From contig OZ245015.1 of NCBI GenBank assembly GCA_965223705.1, positions 384,001-448,000 of the forward strand: DNA of 64,000 bases, read 5' to 3'. Below the pieces are notes generated by a model, which was given only the letters and a program-made list of their open reading frames with translations, was not told where the DNA came from and did no database searches. Source of the DNA: Myxococcota bacterium. GTDB lineage: Bacteria; Myxococcota_A; UBA9160; UBA6930. Each line of letters starts with the position of its first letter. The first letter of the stretch is position 1. The position numbers were made by a program, and so were the translations under genes. Below, in pieces: positions 35,787 to 45,383 of this stretch.

Positions 35787-36402
35787 GACTTCGCCGTTAC
35801 TCGGCAACGATGTCGTCGACTTGCGCGATCCGGAGACGCCGGCGGCGAACCTGCATCCGCGCTTCGACGATCGTGTCTTTGCGGCGCGCGAGAGAGCGCG
35901 TTGGTCGAACGCCGGGGCTTCCGCTCACGTGCTGCGCTGGACCCACTGGGCGCTGAAAGAGGCGGCCTACAAAGCCGTTCGTCGTCGCGACCCGCACGCG
36001 GTGTTCTCGCCTTCGCGCATCGAGGTCGTGGATTTGGATCTCCCCCAGGGTTTTGCGACGGTCGAGGGCTTTGGCCGCACGTTCGTCGGGCGACTCCAAC
36101 GCGACGGCGAAACGGTGCACGCCATCGTCACGTCGGGGCTGCCTCCGGAATCGGTTGTCGCCGAGGTCCGGCGCAAGTCCGCGACGCCACGCGACGTGAG
36201 CGCTTCGGTCCGCGAGTTCGCACGAAGCGCGCTCGCGAGACGAATCGACTGCGCGGGCGCCCGCCTCGCGGTTTCCCGGGGCGGCAAGATTCCGCTTCTG
36301 CTACGCGATGGGAGGCCGTTGCCGCGGCTGCTCTCGCTTTCTCACCACGGGCGCGCCGAGGCGTTCGCATGCTCGCGCGATCTCGCCGAGGTGGCGGCGT
36401 GA
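35773..36402 (+). CDS. 4'-phosphopantetheinyl transferase
   Basis: LGNDVVDL, WALKEAAYKA, SLSHHG. Confidence 0.85.
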   Translation: MVASETSPLLGNDVVDLRDPETPAANLHPRFDDRVFAARERARWSNAGASAHVLRWTHWALKEAAYKAVRRRDPHAVFSPSRIEVVDLDLPQGFATVEGFGRTFVGRLQRDGETVHAIVTSGLPPESVVAEVRRKSATPRDVSASVREFARSALARRIDCAGARLAVSRGGKIPLLLRDGRPLPRLLSLSHHGRAEAFACSRDLAEVAA

Positions 36403-39400
36403 CACAACCGATAAAGCGAGATATCAAGCTACTCGGCATCGTCAACCGCGGCGAGGCGGCGATGCGCTGTATCCGCAGCGCAAAGGCGCTGCGCGCCCGG
36501 GAAGGCAGTGATCTCCAAACCCTGGCGCTGTTTACTCAAGCCGATCGCGAAGCGCCGTTTGTGCGCTATGCCGATCGCGCCCTTCGGTTGGCCGAGCCGC
36601 GCGGTGCGGTCGCCGCCTATCTCGACCACGACGCCCTGGTGCGCGTGTTGTCCGAAGCTTCCGTCGACGCCGTGTGGCCCGGCTGGGGCTTCTCCGCGGA
36701 GCACCCGGAGTTCGTCGACAAACTCGCCGCCGCGGGAATCCGCTTCCTCGGGCCTTCCGCCGAGGCCATGCGCCGGCTCGGAGACAAGATCGCGTCGAAA
36801 GAGCTCGCAGAGTCCGTCGACGTTCCCGTCACCGCATGGAGCGGCGGCGCGCTCGCGGACTACGAGGCCGGCCGCGTAGCGGCCGAGCGCGTCGGTTATC
36901 CGCTTGTCGTCAAGGCCTCCGCGGGTGGGGGCGGTCGAGGCATCCGCTTCGTCAACGCGCCGGAAGACCTCGAGGAAGCGATGCGCTCAGCCGGCAGCGA
37001 AGCGGTGACGGCGTTCGGAGACGGTCGTCTGTTCCTCGAGAGCGCCGTTCGCACCGGCCGTCATATCGAGGTGCAGATCCTGGCCGATCAACACGGCCAC
37101 GTCTTTGCGTTGGGAAGTCGCGATTGCTCGGTGCAGCGGCGTTTTCAGAAGGTGCTCGAGGAAGCGCCGCCTCCTGGGTTAGCGCCCGAGGTGCAGAAGG
37201 GGCTTCTCGAAGCGGCGGTCCGGATCGCGTCGAGCGTCGGGTATTCCGGAGCGGGCACGGTCGAGTTTTTGGTCGACGGCGATCGCTACTACTTCCTCGA
37301 GATGAATCCTCGACTCCAAGTCGAGCACGGCATCACCGAAGAGATCACCGGGCTCGATCTCGTCGAGTTGCAGATCCGCGTCGCTCGAGGTGAAGACCTC
37401 GGTGACTTGTCGTTCCGACAGCAAGGGCACGCGATCGAGGCCCGGGTTTGCGCTGAAGATCCCGATGCGGGCTTCATTCCTTCGCCGGGGCGGATCGCTC
37501 GGTTCGATCCGGTCCTCGGCCCCAAGGTCCGAATCGATACGGGGGTGGCTCCTGGGACCGACGTTCCAGACGCGTTCGATTCGCTCATCGCGAAGGTCAT
37601 CACAAAAGGCGACGATCGTCACGAGTCGACCTCCCGACTGCGCGCTGCGCTCGCGGATTTCGATCTCGTGATCGAAGGCGGTGCGACAAACAAGGGCTAC
37701 CTCCTCGAGGTGCTAGAAGATCCGGAATACCAGGCGGGCGGCGTCGACGTCGGTTGGCTCGATCGCTTCGGCGAGGCGAAGCGGCCGACCCGAGAACACG
37801 CGGCCCCGGCCCTCGTCGCCGCGTCGATTCTGACGTACCAGTACGGTCGAAACCTCGCGCGCTTGAACTTCTTCGCCGACGCGAGCAATCCGAGCCCCGA
37901 TCGCGTGCCGGCGTCCGTGGGCCAGGAAGTCGATCTCTCTTACGCCGGCGAGCAGTACCCGCTCGAGGTGTACGCCCTGGGCGGTTGGCGCTATCGCGTT
38001 TATTCCGAGGGTTCGTTCATCACCGCGACCCTTCGCGAAGAGGGGCCCCACCGCGCGCGGCTCGAAATCGGCGACACGGTGCTTCCGATCCTGTACGACA
38101 CCACCGAAGCCGGGCTGCGGATCGAAGTCGCAGGGCTCGCCCATCAGTTCGGCTGGCAGACCGTCGGTCAAGTGCGCGCCGCGACGCCGGCCATGGTGAT
38201 CGGCGTACACGTTTCCGTCGGCGACCGCGTCGATTCCGGACAGCCGCTCGGCATTCTCGAGGCGATGAAGATGGAGATCGGGTTCGATGCGCCCGTCGCC
38301 GGCGTCGTCACTGACGTGGGCGTGCGCGCGGGTCAGCAGGTCAAGGCGGGCGAAGTGCTGCTCGTGATCGATCCCGTCGACGACGCGGGCGAATCCGTTG
38401 CGACGACCCGCATCTCGCTTCCGGAAGTCGCCGATCCTTTGGCGCTCTTGTTCGGGGGAGAGAAAGAGCTCGGGTCTCCCGATCTCGCGCGCGCAGCGTC
38501 GAGCGAAGGCGCCGAACGCCACGCCGCACTCGCTTCGGTACGTGAAGAACTGAGTCGCGTGATCCTCGGTTACGACATCAACCCGACGCGGGCGGTCCGT
38601 CTGATCGAATTCCTCGAAGCGCCCGTCGACGAATCGCTGCCCGCTGTGTTCCTGAAGGAACTCGCGGAGATCGCGGACATGCTGGCGGTGGCTGCCGACA
38701 TCGAGCAGCTCTTCGTGCGTTCGCCGCGGGCTTCGGTGTCCGGAGAGCTCGGCCCGTCGAATTCCGCGCGTTTCCGTATGTTCGTCCGCCGGCTCCGCGC
38801 CGGCGGTTCGGGTATCGCCCCGGAATTCCTCGAGCTCGTTTCGAAAGCGCTTGCTCACTACGGGATCGAGGCTCTCGAGCACAGCGACGCGTTGGAGCGA
38901 GCCGTATTGCGGCTCATTGCTTCGCAAGCGCCGAATCCAAAGCGCCAGGAAATCGTTTCGGCCCTCATTCGCCAAGCGGTGGCGCTCACGCGCGCGGGCG
39001 TGCCGCTGGTCGACAACTGGCCGCTGGCCGACGCGCTGTCGAGGCTTTCCGATATGCGCGGCCTCGTGTCCGACGCTGTGGCCGACGCGGCGATCGATGC
39101 GCGCTACGAAATTTTTGAACGACCCGGGATCGATGCGCGCCTGGCGGAAACGGGCCGGGAGCTCGACGCCTGGCTCGCCGCGGCTGAAACCGAAGCCACC
39201 GAGCCGCCCCAAGGCGTGTTGCGAGATCTCGCGGACGCGCCGCGTCTCGTGTTCGATCGGATCGGCGGAGCCGTCGCCGACCCGGATCCGCGGCGTCGCG
39301 GGCTCGCCCTCGAGGCGCACTTGCGAAGGTTCTACACCCCGGTCGGTTTTGCTTCACGCGTCGCGACCGTGCACGGCGGTGTCTCCATTCTGCGCGCCGA

Positions 39401-41993
39401 GCTCGACGACCGTCGGATCGTCCTCGGGGCCGCGTGTGATCGCGGCAACGCCGCCCAGGCCTTCGATTGGCTGAAGCGGACCGCCGCGTCTCTGCGCGAT
39501 CAACACGAGTGGCCGGCAGTAGCGGCGCTCGAGCTGATCGTTCCGAGCGGAAGCGACGGCGACGCACCGATCGATGCGGAGATCCGGTCCGGTCTGGCAG
39601 AGGGCTTGCCCGCCGCGAGGGTGACCATCACCGAAGTCGAAGCCGGGCGCCCCGACGTGTGCACGACGTTCGTTCCCGACCCTTCGGGCTACGCGGTCGC
39701 GGACGGACTGCACGGCGTTCACCCCGAGGCCGCCGAACGAATCGACCTCGCCCGGTTGGCGCGTTTCGATCTGACCCGTCGCGATGCGCCCGAGGGTCTC
39801 TACGCGTTCTACGCGCGCAGCCGCGAGGTGCCCGAAGACGAACGGGTCTTCGTCCTTGCCGACGTGCGCGGGCGTCGGGCCGACGCGAATCGTCGCGACG
39901 AGATCAATCCCGCGGCTTTTGAGAAGGCGTTCGTCGAAGCGACCCGTGCGATGCGGTCTTTGGTGGCGAGTACCGACACGAAGCGCCGGCTTCTTTGGAA
40001 CCGGATCGGGATCTACTGCGGCCCGCCGGTCCGGCTCGACCCGGAACTGACCTGGGATCTCACGCGTCGCCTCTGGCCGACGACCCGTCGCTTGGGTCTC
40101 GAAAAAGTCGTTGTTCGGGTCGGTCTGATCGAAGATGGGGCTCCCGTTACACCGACCGAATTCGTGATCACCGATATCACCGGTTCGAAGATCGATCTCA
40201 TCCGCCGCGAGCCGCGCACGAGGCCGCTCGAACCGGTGAGCGACTACGAACGGAAAGTCGTGTCGGCCAGAAGCCGGCGCCTCGTCTACCCGTACGAAAT
40301 TATTCGCATGCTGACCGGTAGTGGAGCGGGTGACCCCGGGGCCGGGGCTGCGATTCCCATGGGCGAGTTCGAGGAATACGATCTCGAACCCGGAGAGGGT
40401 CCGCCGCGGCCGCGGCGCGTCTCGGGCCGTCCGTTCGGACTGAATGAAAGCGCAATCGTATTCGGCGTGATCACCGCGCCGACCGACAAACACCCCGAAG
40501 GCCTGACCCGAGTCATCGTCTTGTCCGATCCGACGATCGGCATGGGCGCCCTGGGCGCTCCGGAATGCGACCGCATCGAGGCGGCGATCAACCTCGCGGA
40601 AGACATGGCGGTTCCGCTCGAATGGCTGCCCGTTTCGGCCGGTGCGAAGATCGCCATGGACAGCGGGACCGAGAACCTGGACGCCACCGCCCGCGTCGTG
40701 AAGCGGATCGTCGAATTCACCCAGAGCGGTGGCGCGATCCACCTGATCGTGCAAGGCGTAAACGTCGGCGCGCAGAGCTACTGGAATGCATTGGCGACAA
40801 TGTTGATGCACACCCGCGGCGTTCTCATCATGACGCCCGGCGCATCGATGGTGCTCACCGGTCGCGCGGCGCTAGAAGCTTCGGGAGCCGTCGCCGCAGA
40901 AGATGAAGTCGCGATCGGGGGATTCGAGCGCATCATGGGTCCGAACGGACAAGCGCAGTACTTCGCTTCGGATCTCGCCGACGCGTATCGGATCCTCTAC
41001 CAGCACTATCGATATTCGTACGTCGCCCCGGGAGAACGCGCTCCGCGGCTCCACATGACGAAGGATCGCGACGATCGGTCGCTCCTCGAAGCACCGTGCG
41101 AACCCGACACCGACGGCTTCCGCTCCGTCGGCGAGATTTTCGAGGACGAGACGAACCCCGGGCGGAAGAAGCCGTTCCCGATGCGCTCTGTGATGCAAGC
41201 TCTGGTCGACGAAGACGGAGGGCACCTCGAGCGTTGGAACGCCTGGGTCGGCGGCGAGACGGGTATTGTCTGGGACGCGCACGTGGGCGGCGTCCCGATT
41301 ACGCTCGTCGGAATCGAAAGTCGCAACGTCGACCGCGAAGGCTATCGGCCCCTCGACGGGCCGGCGTCGTGGAGCGGTGGCACGCTGTTTCCGCAGTCGT
41401 CGAAGAAAGTCGCTCGCGCCCTCAACGCGGCGAGCGGAAACCGCCCGGTCGTGGTGCTGGCCAACCTCTCGGGCTTCGACGGTTCACCGGAATCGATGCG
41501 CAAGCTCCAGCTCGAGTACGGCGCGGAAATCGCTCGGGCGGTTGTCAACTTCGACGGGCCGCTGCTGTTCCTCGTGGTTTCGCGCTATCACGGCGGAGCC
41601 TACGTCGTGTTCTCTCAGGAGCTGAATCCGTCGTTGCGCGCGTTCGCGCTCGAGGGTTCTTACGCGTCGGTGATCGGCGGAGGCGCCGCGGCGGCAGTGG
41701 TATTCACGCGCGAAGTTCGAAAGCGCGCGGCGGCGGACGAGCGGGTCACGGGCGCGCGTAGCGAGCTCGCGAGGTCGGGCACGCAACAAGCGCGAGCCCA
41801 GCTCGAGGCAATTACCGAGGAAGTCAGCCTCGAGAAACAGTCCGAGCTCGCGGCGGAGTTCGACGCGGTCCACTCCGTGGCACGAGCGGAACGAGTCGGC
41901 TCTCTCTCGGGCATCGTTTCGCCCAAGGAGATGCGCTCCTTCGTCGTGCGGACGCTGCGCGAAGCGTTGGGCCACGAAGGAACGTCGCGTTGA
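36399..41993 (+). CDS. Single-chain multidomain acetyl/acyl-CoA carboxylase (BC-BCCP-central-CT), 1864 aa
   Basis: NRGEAAMR, WPGWGF, GGGGRG, RDCSVQRR, EMNPRLQVEH; biotin motif EAMKM at 38259-38273; CT motifs SAGAKI, LANLSGFDG, YHGGAYVV. Confidence 0.9.
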   Translation: MTQPIKRDIKLLGIVNRGEAAMRCIRSAKALRAREGSDLQTLALFTQADREAPFVRYADRALRLAEPRGAVAAYLDHDALVRVLSEASVDAVWPGWGFSAEHPEFVDKLAAAGIRFLGPSAEAMRRLGDKIASKELAESVDVPVTAWSGGALADYEAGRVAAERVGYPLVVKASAGGGGRGIRFVNAPEDLEEAMRSAGSEAVTAFGDGRLFLESAVRTGRHIEVQILADQHGHVFALGSRDCSVQRRFQKVLEEAPPPGLAPEVQKGLLEAAVRIASSVGYSGAGTVEFLVDGDRYYFLEMNPRLQVEHGITEEITGLDLVELQIRVARGEDLGDLSFRQQGHAIEARVCAEDPDAGFIPSPGRIARFDPVLGPKVRIDTGVAPGTDVPDAFDSLIAKVITKGDDRHESTSRLRAALADFDLVIEGGATNKGYLLEVLEDPEYQAGGVDVGWLDRFGEAKRPTREHAAPALVAASILTYQYGRNLARLNFFADASNPSPDRVPASVGQEVDLSYAGEQYPLEVYALGGWRYRVYSEGSFITATLREEGPHRARLEIGDTVLPILYDTTEAGLRIEVAGLAHQFGWQTVGQVRAATPAMVIGVHVSVGDRVDSGQPLGILEAMKMEIGFDAPVAGVVTDVGVRAGQQVKAGEVLLVIDPVDDAGESVATTRISLPEVADPLALLFGGEKELGSPDLARAASSEGAERHAALASVREELSRVILGYDINPTRAVRLIEFLEAPVDESLPAVFLKELAEIADMLAVAADIEQLFVRSPRASVSGELGPSNSARFRMFVRRLRAGGSGIAPEFLELVSKALAHYGIEALEHSDALERAVLRLIASQAPNPKRQEIVSALIRQAVALTRAGVPLVDNWPLADALSRLSDMRGLVSDAVADAAIDARYEIFERPGIDARLAETGRELDAWLAAAETEATEPPQGVLRDLADAPRLVFDRIGGAVADPDPRRRGLALEAHLRRFYTPVGFASRVATVHGGVSILRAELDDRRIVLGAACDRGNAAQAFDWLKRTAASLRDQHEWPAVAALELIVPSGSDGDAPIDAEIRSGLAEGLPAARVTITEVEAGRPDVCTTFVPDPSGYAVADGLHGVHPEAAERIDLARLARFDLTRRDAPEGLYAFYARSREVPEDERVFVLADVRGRRADANRRDEINPAAFEKAFVEATRAMRSLVASTDTKRRLLWNRIGIYCGPPVRLDPELTWDLTRRLWPTTRRLGLEKVVVRVGLIEDGAPVTPTEFVITDITGSKIDLIRREPRTRPLEPVSDYERKVVSARSRRLVYPYEIIRMLTGSGAGDPGAGAAIPMGEFEEYDLEPGEGPPRPRRVSGRPFGLNESAIVFGVITAPTDKHPEGLTRVIVLSDPTIGMGALGAPECDRIEAAINLAEDMAVPLEWLPVSAGAKIAMDSGTENLDATARVVKRIVEFTQSGGAIHLIVQGVNVGAQSYWNALATMLMHTRGVLIMTPGASMVLTGRAALEASGAVAAEDEVAIGGFERIMGPNGQAQYFASDLADAYRILYQHYRYSYVAPGERAPRLHMTKDRDDRSLLEAPCEPDTDGFRSVGEIFEDETNPGRKKPFPMRSVMQALVDEDGGHLERWNAWVGGETGIVWDAHVGGVPITLVGIESRNVDREGYRPLDGPASWSGGTLFPQSSKKVARALNAASGNRPVVVLANLSGFDGSPESMRKLQLEYGAEIARAVVNFDGPLLFLVVSRYHGGAYVVFSQELNPSLRAFALEGSYASVIGGGAAAAVVFTREVRKRAAADERVTGARSELARSGTQQARAQLEAITEEVSLEKQSELAAEFDAVHSVARAERVGSLSGIVSPKEMRSFVVRTLREALGHEGTSR

Positions 41994-42817
41994 AGCGCCG
42001 CAAGAAAGGCGGCAAGAATCGCGCGTTGCGAAAAGGACGACGCGCAGGCCCGACCCGCTTGAAGCCGGACGAGATCGGCAAGATGCGCGCGGCGGGTCGC
42101 TTGGCGGCGGACTTGTTGGACGACATCGCGTCGATGATCGAGCCGGGGGTGAGCACCGGCGCGATCGATCGACGTGTCGCGGAGCGCACCACCGCCGCCG
42201 GGGCGGTCTCCGCGCCTCTCGGTTACCGGGGATTCCCGCGGCACTGCTGTACTTCGATCAACGATGTCGTGTGCCACGGAATTCCCGACGAAGAGCGCGA
42301 GCTCAAGGACGGCGACATCGTGAACGTCGATGTGACGCCGATCCTCGACGGTTATCACGGCGACAGCTCTCGCACGTTTATCGTCGGAGACGCCGCGCCG
42401 GTCGCGCGGAAGCTCGTCAACGCGACGTACCGGTGTCTATGGTTGGGTATTCGAGCCGTGAAGCCCGGGTGTCGCACCGGAGACATCGGCCATGCCATTC
42501 AGTCTTTCGCGGAAGCGGAGGGCTATTCCGTGGTTCGGGAGTTCACTGGCCACGGCATCCACACGATCTTCCACACAGCGCCTACGATCTTTCACTACGG
42601 GAGCCCGGGCCACGGCGAGGAGCTGCTTCCCGGGATGTCCTTCACCATCGAGCCCATGATCAATCTGGGTCACTGGAAGACGCAGATCCTCGATGACGGC
42701 TGGACTGCCGTCACACAGGACGGAACCCTTTCGGCGCAGTTCGAGCACACGGTCGTCGTCGGTGACGACGGTGTCGAAGTGATGACCTTGGGCGAGTCGG
42801 AGACCCCGCCCCTCTAG
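41990..42817 (+). CDS. map: Methionine aminopeptidase type I
   Basis: CTSINDVVCHGIP, DGYHGD, GHGI, FTIEPMIN, SAQFEHT. Confidence 0.95.
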   Translation: MKRRKKGGKNRALRKGRRAGPTRLKPDEIGKMRAAGRLAADLLDDIASMIEPGVSTGAIDRRVAERTTAAGAVSAPLGYRGFPRHCCTSINDVVCHGIPDEERELKDGDIVNVDVTPILDGYHGDSSRTFIVGDAAPVARKLVNATYRCLWLGIRAVKPGCRTGDIGHAIQSFAEAEGYSVVREFTGHGIHTIFHTAPTIFHYGSPGHGEELLPGMSFTIEPMINLGHWKTQILDDGWTAVTQDGTLSAQFEHTVVVGDDGVEVMTLGESETPPL

Positions 42818-42823
42818 GCACGG

Positions 42824-44017
42824 CTAGGGGTTTCGGATCAGGTCGAACAAGCGCTCCAAGGCCTCGAAGAGCTCCGCGTCGGGAATGTTCAGTGACGGGA
42901 AGAAGCGGAGCACGTTGCCCGCGGTGACGTTCACGAGAACGCCTCGCTCGACGGCGCGGAGCGGCAGCGCGCCGGCGCGCTCGGCGTCCGCAAGAACCAG
43001 CGCCCGCAGCAAACCGCGCCCCCGGGTGCCCGTTGCCAGGTGCGGGTGGGCGCTTACGAACGCGGCGAGCTTTTGATCGAGCAACCCACCGAGGCGCGCC
43101 GCGTTCTCGACGAGCTTGTCCTCCTCCATCACGCGCAGAACCGCATTCGCGGCGGCTGCGGCGACCGGGTTGCCGATGTAGGTGCCGCCGTGTTCGCCCG
43201 GAGCGGCGGTTTGTGCCACCGCCTCGGTGCACATGAACGCGGCGACGGGGAAGCCGCCGCCGAGCCCCTTGCCGAGCGTCAACACGTCGGGGACGACGCC
43301 TTCGTGTTCGAGAGCGAGCCAGGTGCCGGTGCGGCCGATACCGGTTTGGATCTCATCGAGTACGAGGAGTGCGCCGTTTCCATGGCACGCTTCCGCGACA
43401 CCCGCGATGTAGCCCGCCGGCGGAACGTTGACGCCGCCCTCGCCTTGAACCGGTTCGACGACGAAAGCCGCGGTGTCCTCATCGATCGCGGCCCGCGCCG
43501 CGTCGAGATCACCGAACGGCACGATCGTCGTCTTGTTGAGAAGGGGCTCAAAGGGCGCGCGGTGCTTGTCTTGCCCGATCAGCGAAAGTGCGCCGAGGGT
43601 GCGTCCGTGGAATGAATTCTCGGCGGCGATGAACTTCGAGCGGCCCGTCGCGCGGTGAGACAATTTCACCGCGCCTTCGATGGCTTCGGTACCGCTGTTG
43701 GTCATGAAGGTCCGCGTGATCTCGGCGGGGGTGATCGCGTCGAGCTTCTCGATCAGGTCGAGCTGCGGCAGCGTGTAGAACAAGTTCGTCGTTTGCATGA
43801 GGGTGCCCGCCTGTTGCGACACCGCTTCGACGAGCGCGGGATGGCAGTGGCCGATGGCGGTGACGCCCCAGCCCGCCGTGAGATCGATGTACTCCTTGCC
43901 GTCGACGTCTTTGACGATCGAACCCGAGCCCGAAGCAATGGCTACGGGGAGGCGGTTCACGACGGGCAGGAAATGTTTGGCTTCGCGCTCGCGGACGGAA
44001 TCGAGAGAGACGGACAC
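42824..44017 (-). CDS. argD: Acetylornithine aminotransferase (class III PLP enzyme)
   Basis: NSGTEAIEGA, SFHGRT, EPVQGEGG, DEIQTGIGRTG, TLGKGLGGG. Confidence 0.88.
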   Translation of the reverse strand: MSVSLDSVREREAKHFLPVVNRLPVAIASGSGSIVKDVDGKEYIDLTAGWGVTAIGHCHPALVEAVSQQAGTLMQTTNLFYTLPQLDLIEKLDAITPAEITRTFMTNSGTEAIEGAVKLSHRATGRSKFIAAENSFHGRTLGALSLIGQDKHRAPFEPLLNKTTIVPFGDLDAARAAIDEDTAAFVVEPVQGEGGVNVPPAGYIAGVAEACHGNGALLVLDEIQTGIGRTGTWLALEHEGVVPDVLTLGKGLGGGFPVAAFMCTEAVAQTAAPGEHGGTYIGNPVAAAAANAVLRVMEEDKLVENAARLGGLLDQKLAAFVSAHPHLATGTRGRGLLRALVLADAERAGALPLRAVERGVLVNVTAGNVLRFFPSLNIPDAELFEALERLFDLIRNP

Positions 44018-44084
44018 GGTTACCTCCAGGGCCCCTCATGATACCCTGCGCGCCGGCTCGGCAACTCGCCGAAAGGGAGGGCGC

Positions 44085-44465
44085 ATGGCTGGCAACGGAG
44101 CGACAACGGATACGGACGTCATCGTACTCGAGGGCATCGAGATTCCCGCGGCTCTCGGGGTCTCAGCCGCCGAGCGCAAGATGCGGCGGCCCGTCTTGAT
44201 CGATCTCGAAGTGGAGCGCGACCTGCGCGCGGCGGGGCTGAGCGATCGCATCGGCGACACGGTGAACTACGAACGGATCTTCCAGGCCATCGAAGAAGTG
44301 GCGACGGAGCGCGAGCATCGGTTGGTCGAGGCCCTCGCCGAGCGTGTAGCGGCGCGCCTGCTCGCCGACTTCGCGATCGATGCAGTGACGGTCTCGGCCC
44401 GAAAATCGAAGCCCATCGCGGGTGTCCTGGATCACGCCGGGGTGTGTATCCGCCGCGAGCGCTAG
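44085..44465 (+). CDS. folB: Dihydroneopterin aldolase
   Basis: LGVSAAER, DRIGDTVNYE, LVEALAE; GGGAGG RBS. Confidence 0.85.
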   Translation: MAGNGATTDTDVIVLEGIEIPAALGVSAAERKMRRPVLIDLEVERDLRAAGLSDRIGDTVNYERIFQAIEEVATEREHRLVEALAERVAARLLADFAIDAVTVSARKSKPIAGVLDHAGVCIRRER

Positions 44466-45262
44466 GCGGGGTTTCGCGGCGCGCGGTGCCTCACGAGGAA
44501 ACGGGTCACCGCTTCGTTCCAGGCGTCCGCCGCTTCGACGTTCACCGCATGACCCGCTTCGAGATCGACGGCCACGAGCTCGGGCACTTCGGCAACGGCC
44601 CAATCGCGGCGTTCGAGGAAGCGCTCTTCGAATTTCCCGCAGGTGAGCAGCGTCGGCACGGTGTTTCTGCACATCCGTTTCCCGAGCGGACTCGAGAGGG
44701 CAGTCTCCGTCGTCGTCAGCGCCACTCCGAGGGGATCGCATCGATCGAGGTCCCGGCAGAGACCGTCGCGCATCTCGGGGTCGAGGCGACGGCTGTTTCT
44801 CGGGTGGATCGGCATCGCTTCGATCGCCTCGCGCCCGCGGAGTTTGACATCGGCCAAGATCGGCCCCATGGCACGGCGCGTCGCCTCGATCCAAGACGGC
44901 GTCGCGAACGCCGACATCGAGTTTGTCACGACGTGGGAGAGCACGCGGGCGGGGTGGGTGAGCGCATATTCGAACGTCAGGCGGGCGCCGAGCGAGTACC
45001 CCACCAGATGCCACGCCGAGGCGCCGAGCTCATTGCGAATCGCTTCGAGAGCCTCGGCGTAGCTTCCCGGGTAGTAGGCCTCGGGCGCTTCCGGTGAAGG
45101 CGAGCCGCCGTGTCCGAACAGCTCCACCAGGACCGGGCGCCCGACTTTCGAAAGCGCAGGAAGATTCGGCGCCCACTGACGGTTGCTCGACAACGCGCCG
45201 TGGATCAGCACGATCGGCGGGCCGGCTCCGTCTCTCACTTCGTAAGCGGGGTGCAGCGCCAT
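44462..45262 (-). CDS. Alpha/beta hydrolase (MenH-like fold)
   Basis: LIHGALS, LFGHGGS, GYSLGA, AGHAVN. Confidence 0.85.
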   Translation of the reverse strand: MALHPAYEVRDGAGPPIVLIHGALSSNRQWAPNLPALSKVGRPVLVELFGHGGSPSPEAPEAYYPGSYAEALEAIRNELGASAWHLVGYSLGARLTFEYALTHPARVLSHVVTNSMSAFATPSWIEATRRAMGPILADVKLRGREAIEAMPIHPRNSRRLDPEMRDGLCRDLDRCDPLGVALTTTETALSSPLGKRMCRNTVPTLLTCGKFEERFLERRDWAVAEVPELVAVDLEAGHAVNVEAADAWNEAVTRFLVRHRAPRNPA

Positions 45263-45383
45263 GGCCCGAAGGGTGTAGCACCGCGCTCTTCGCCCCGCGG
45301 GAAGAGCGCGTCTTCCGTTGCCCGGGGGTCCCAACTACCATCGCGGCGACGACTCGCCCATGCCACACCGGAGGACACCCCCG

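Noticed and set aside
35901..36398. N-terminal 166 aa of the 2030-aa ORF call
   Set aside because: It overlaps the PPTase gene in another frame; carboxylase homology begins after GTG 36399.
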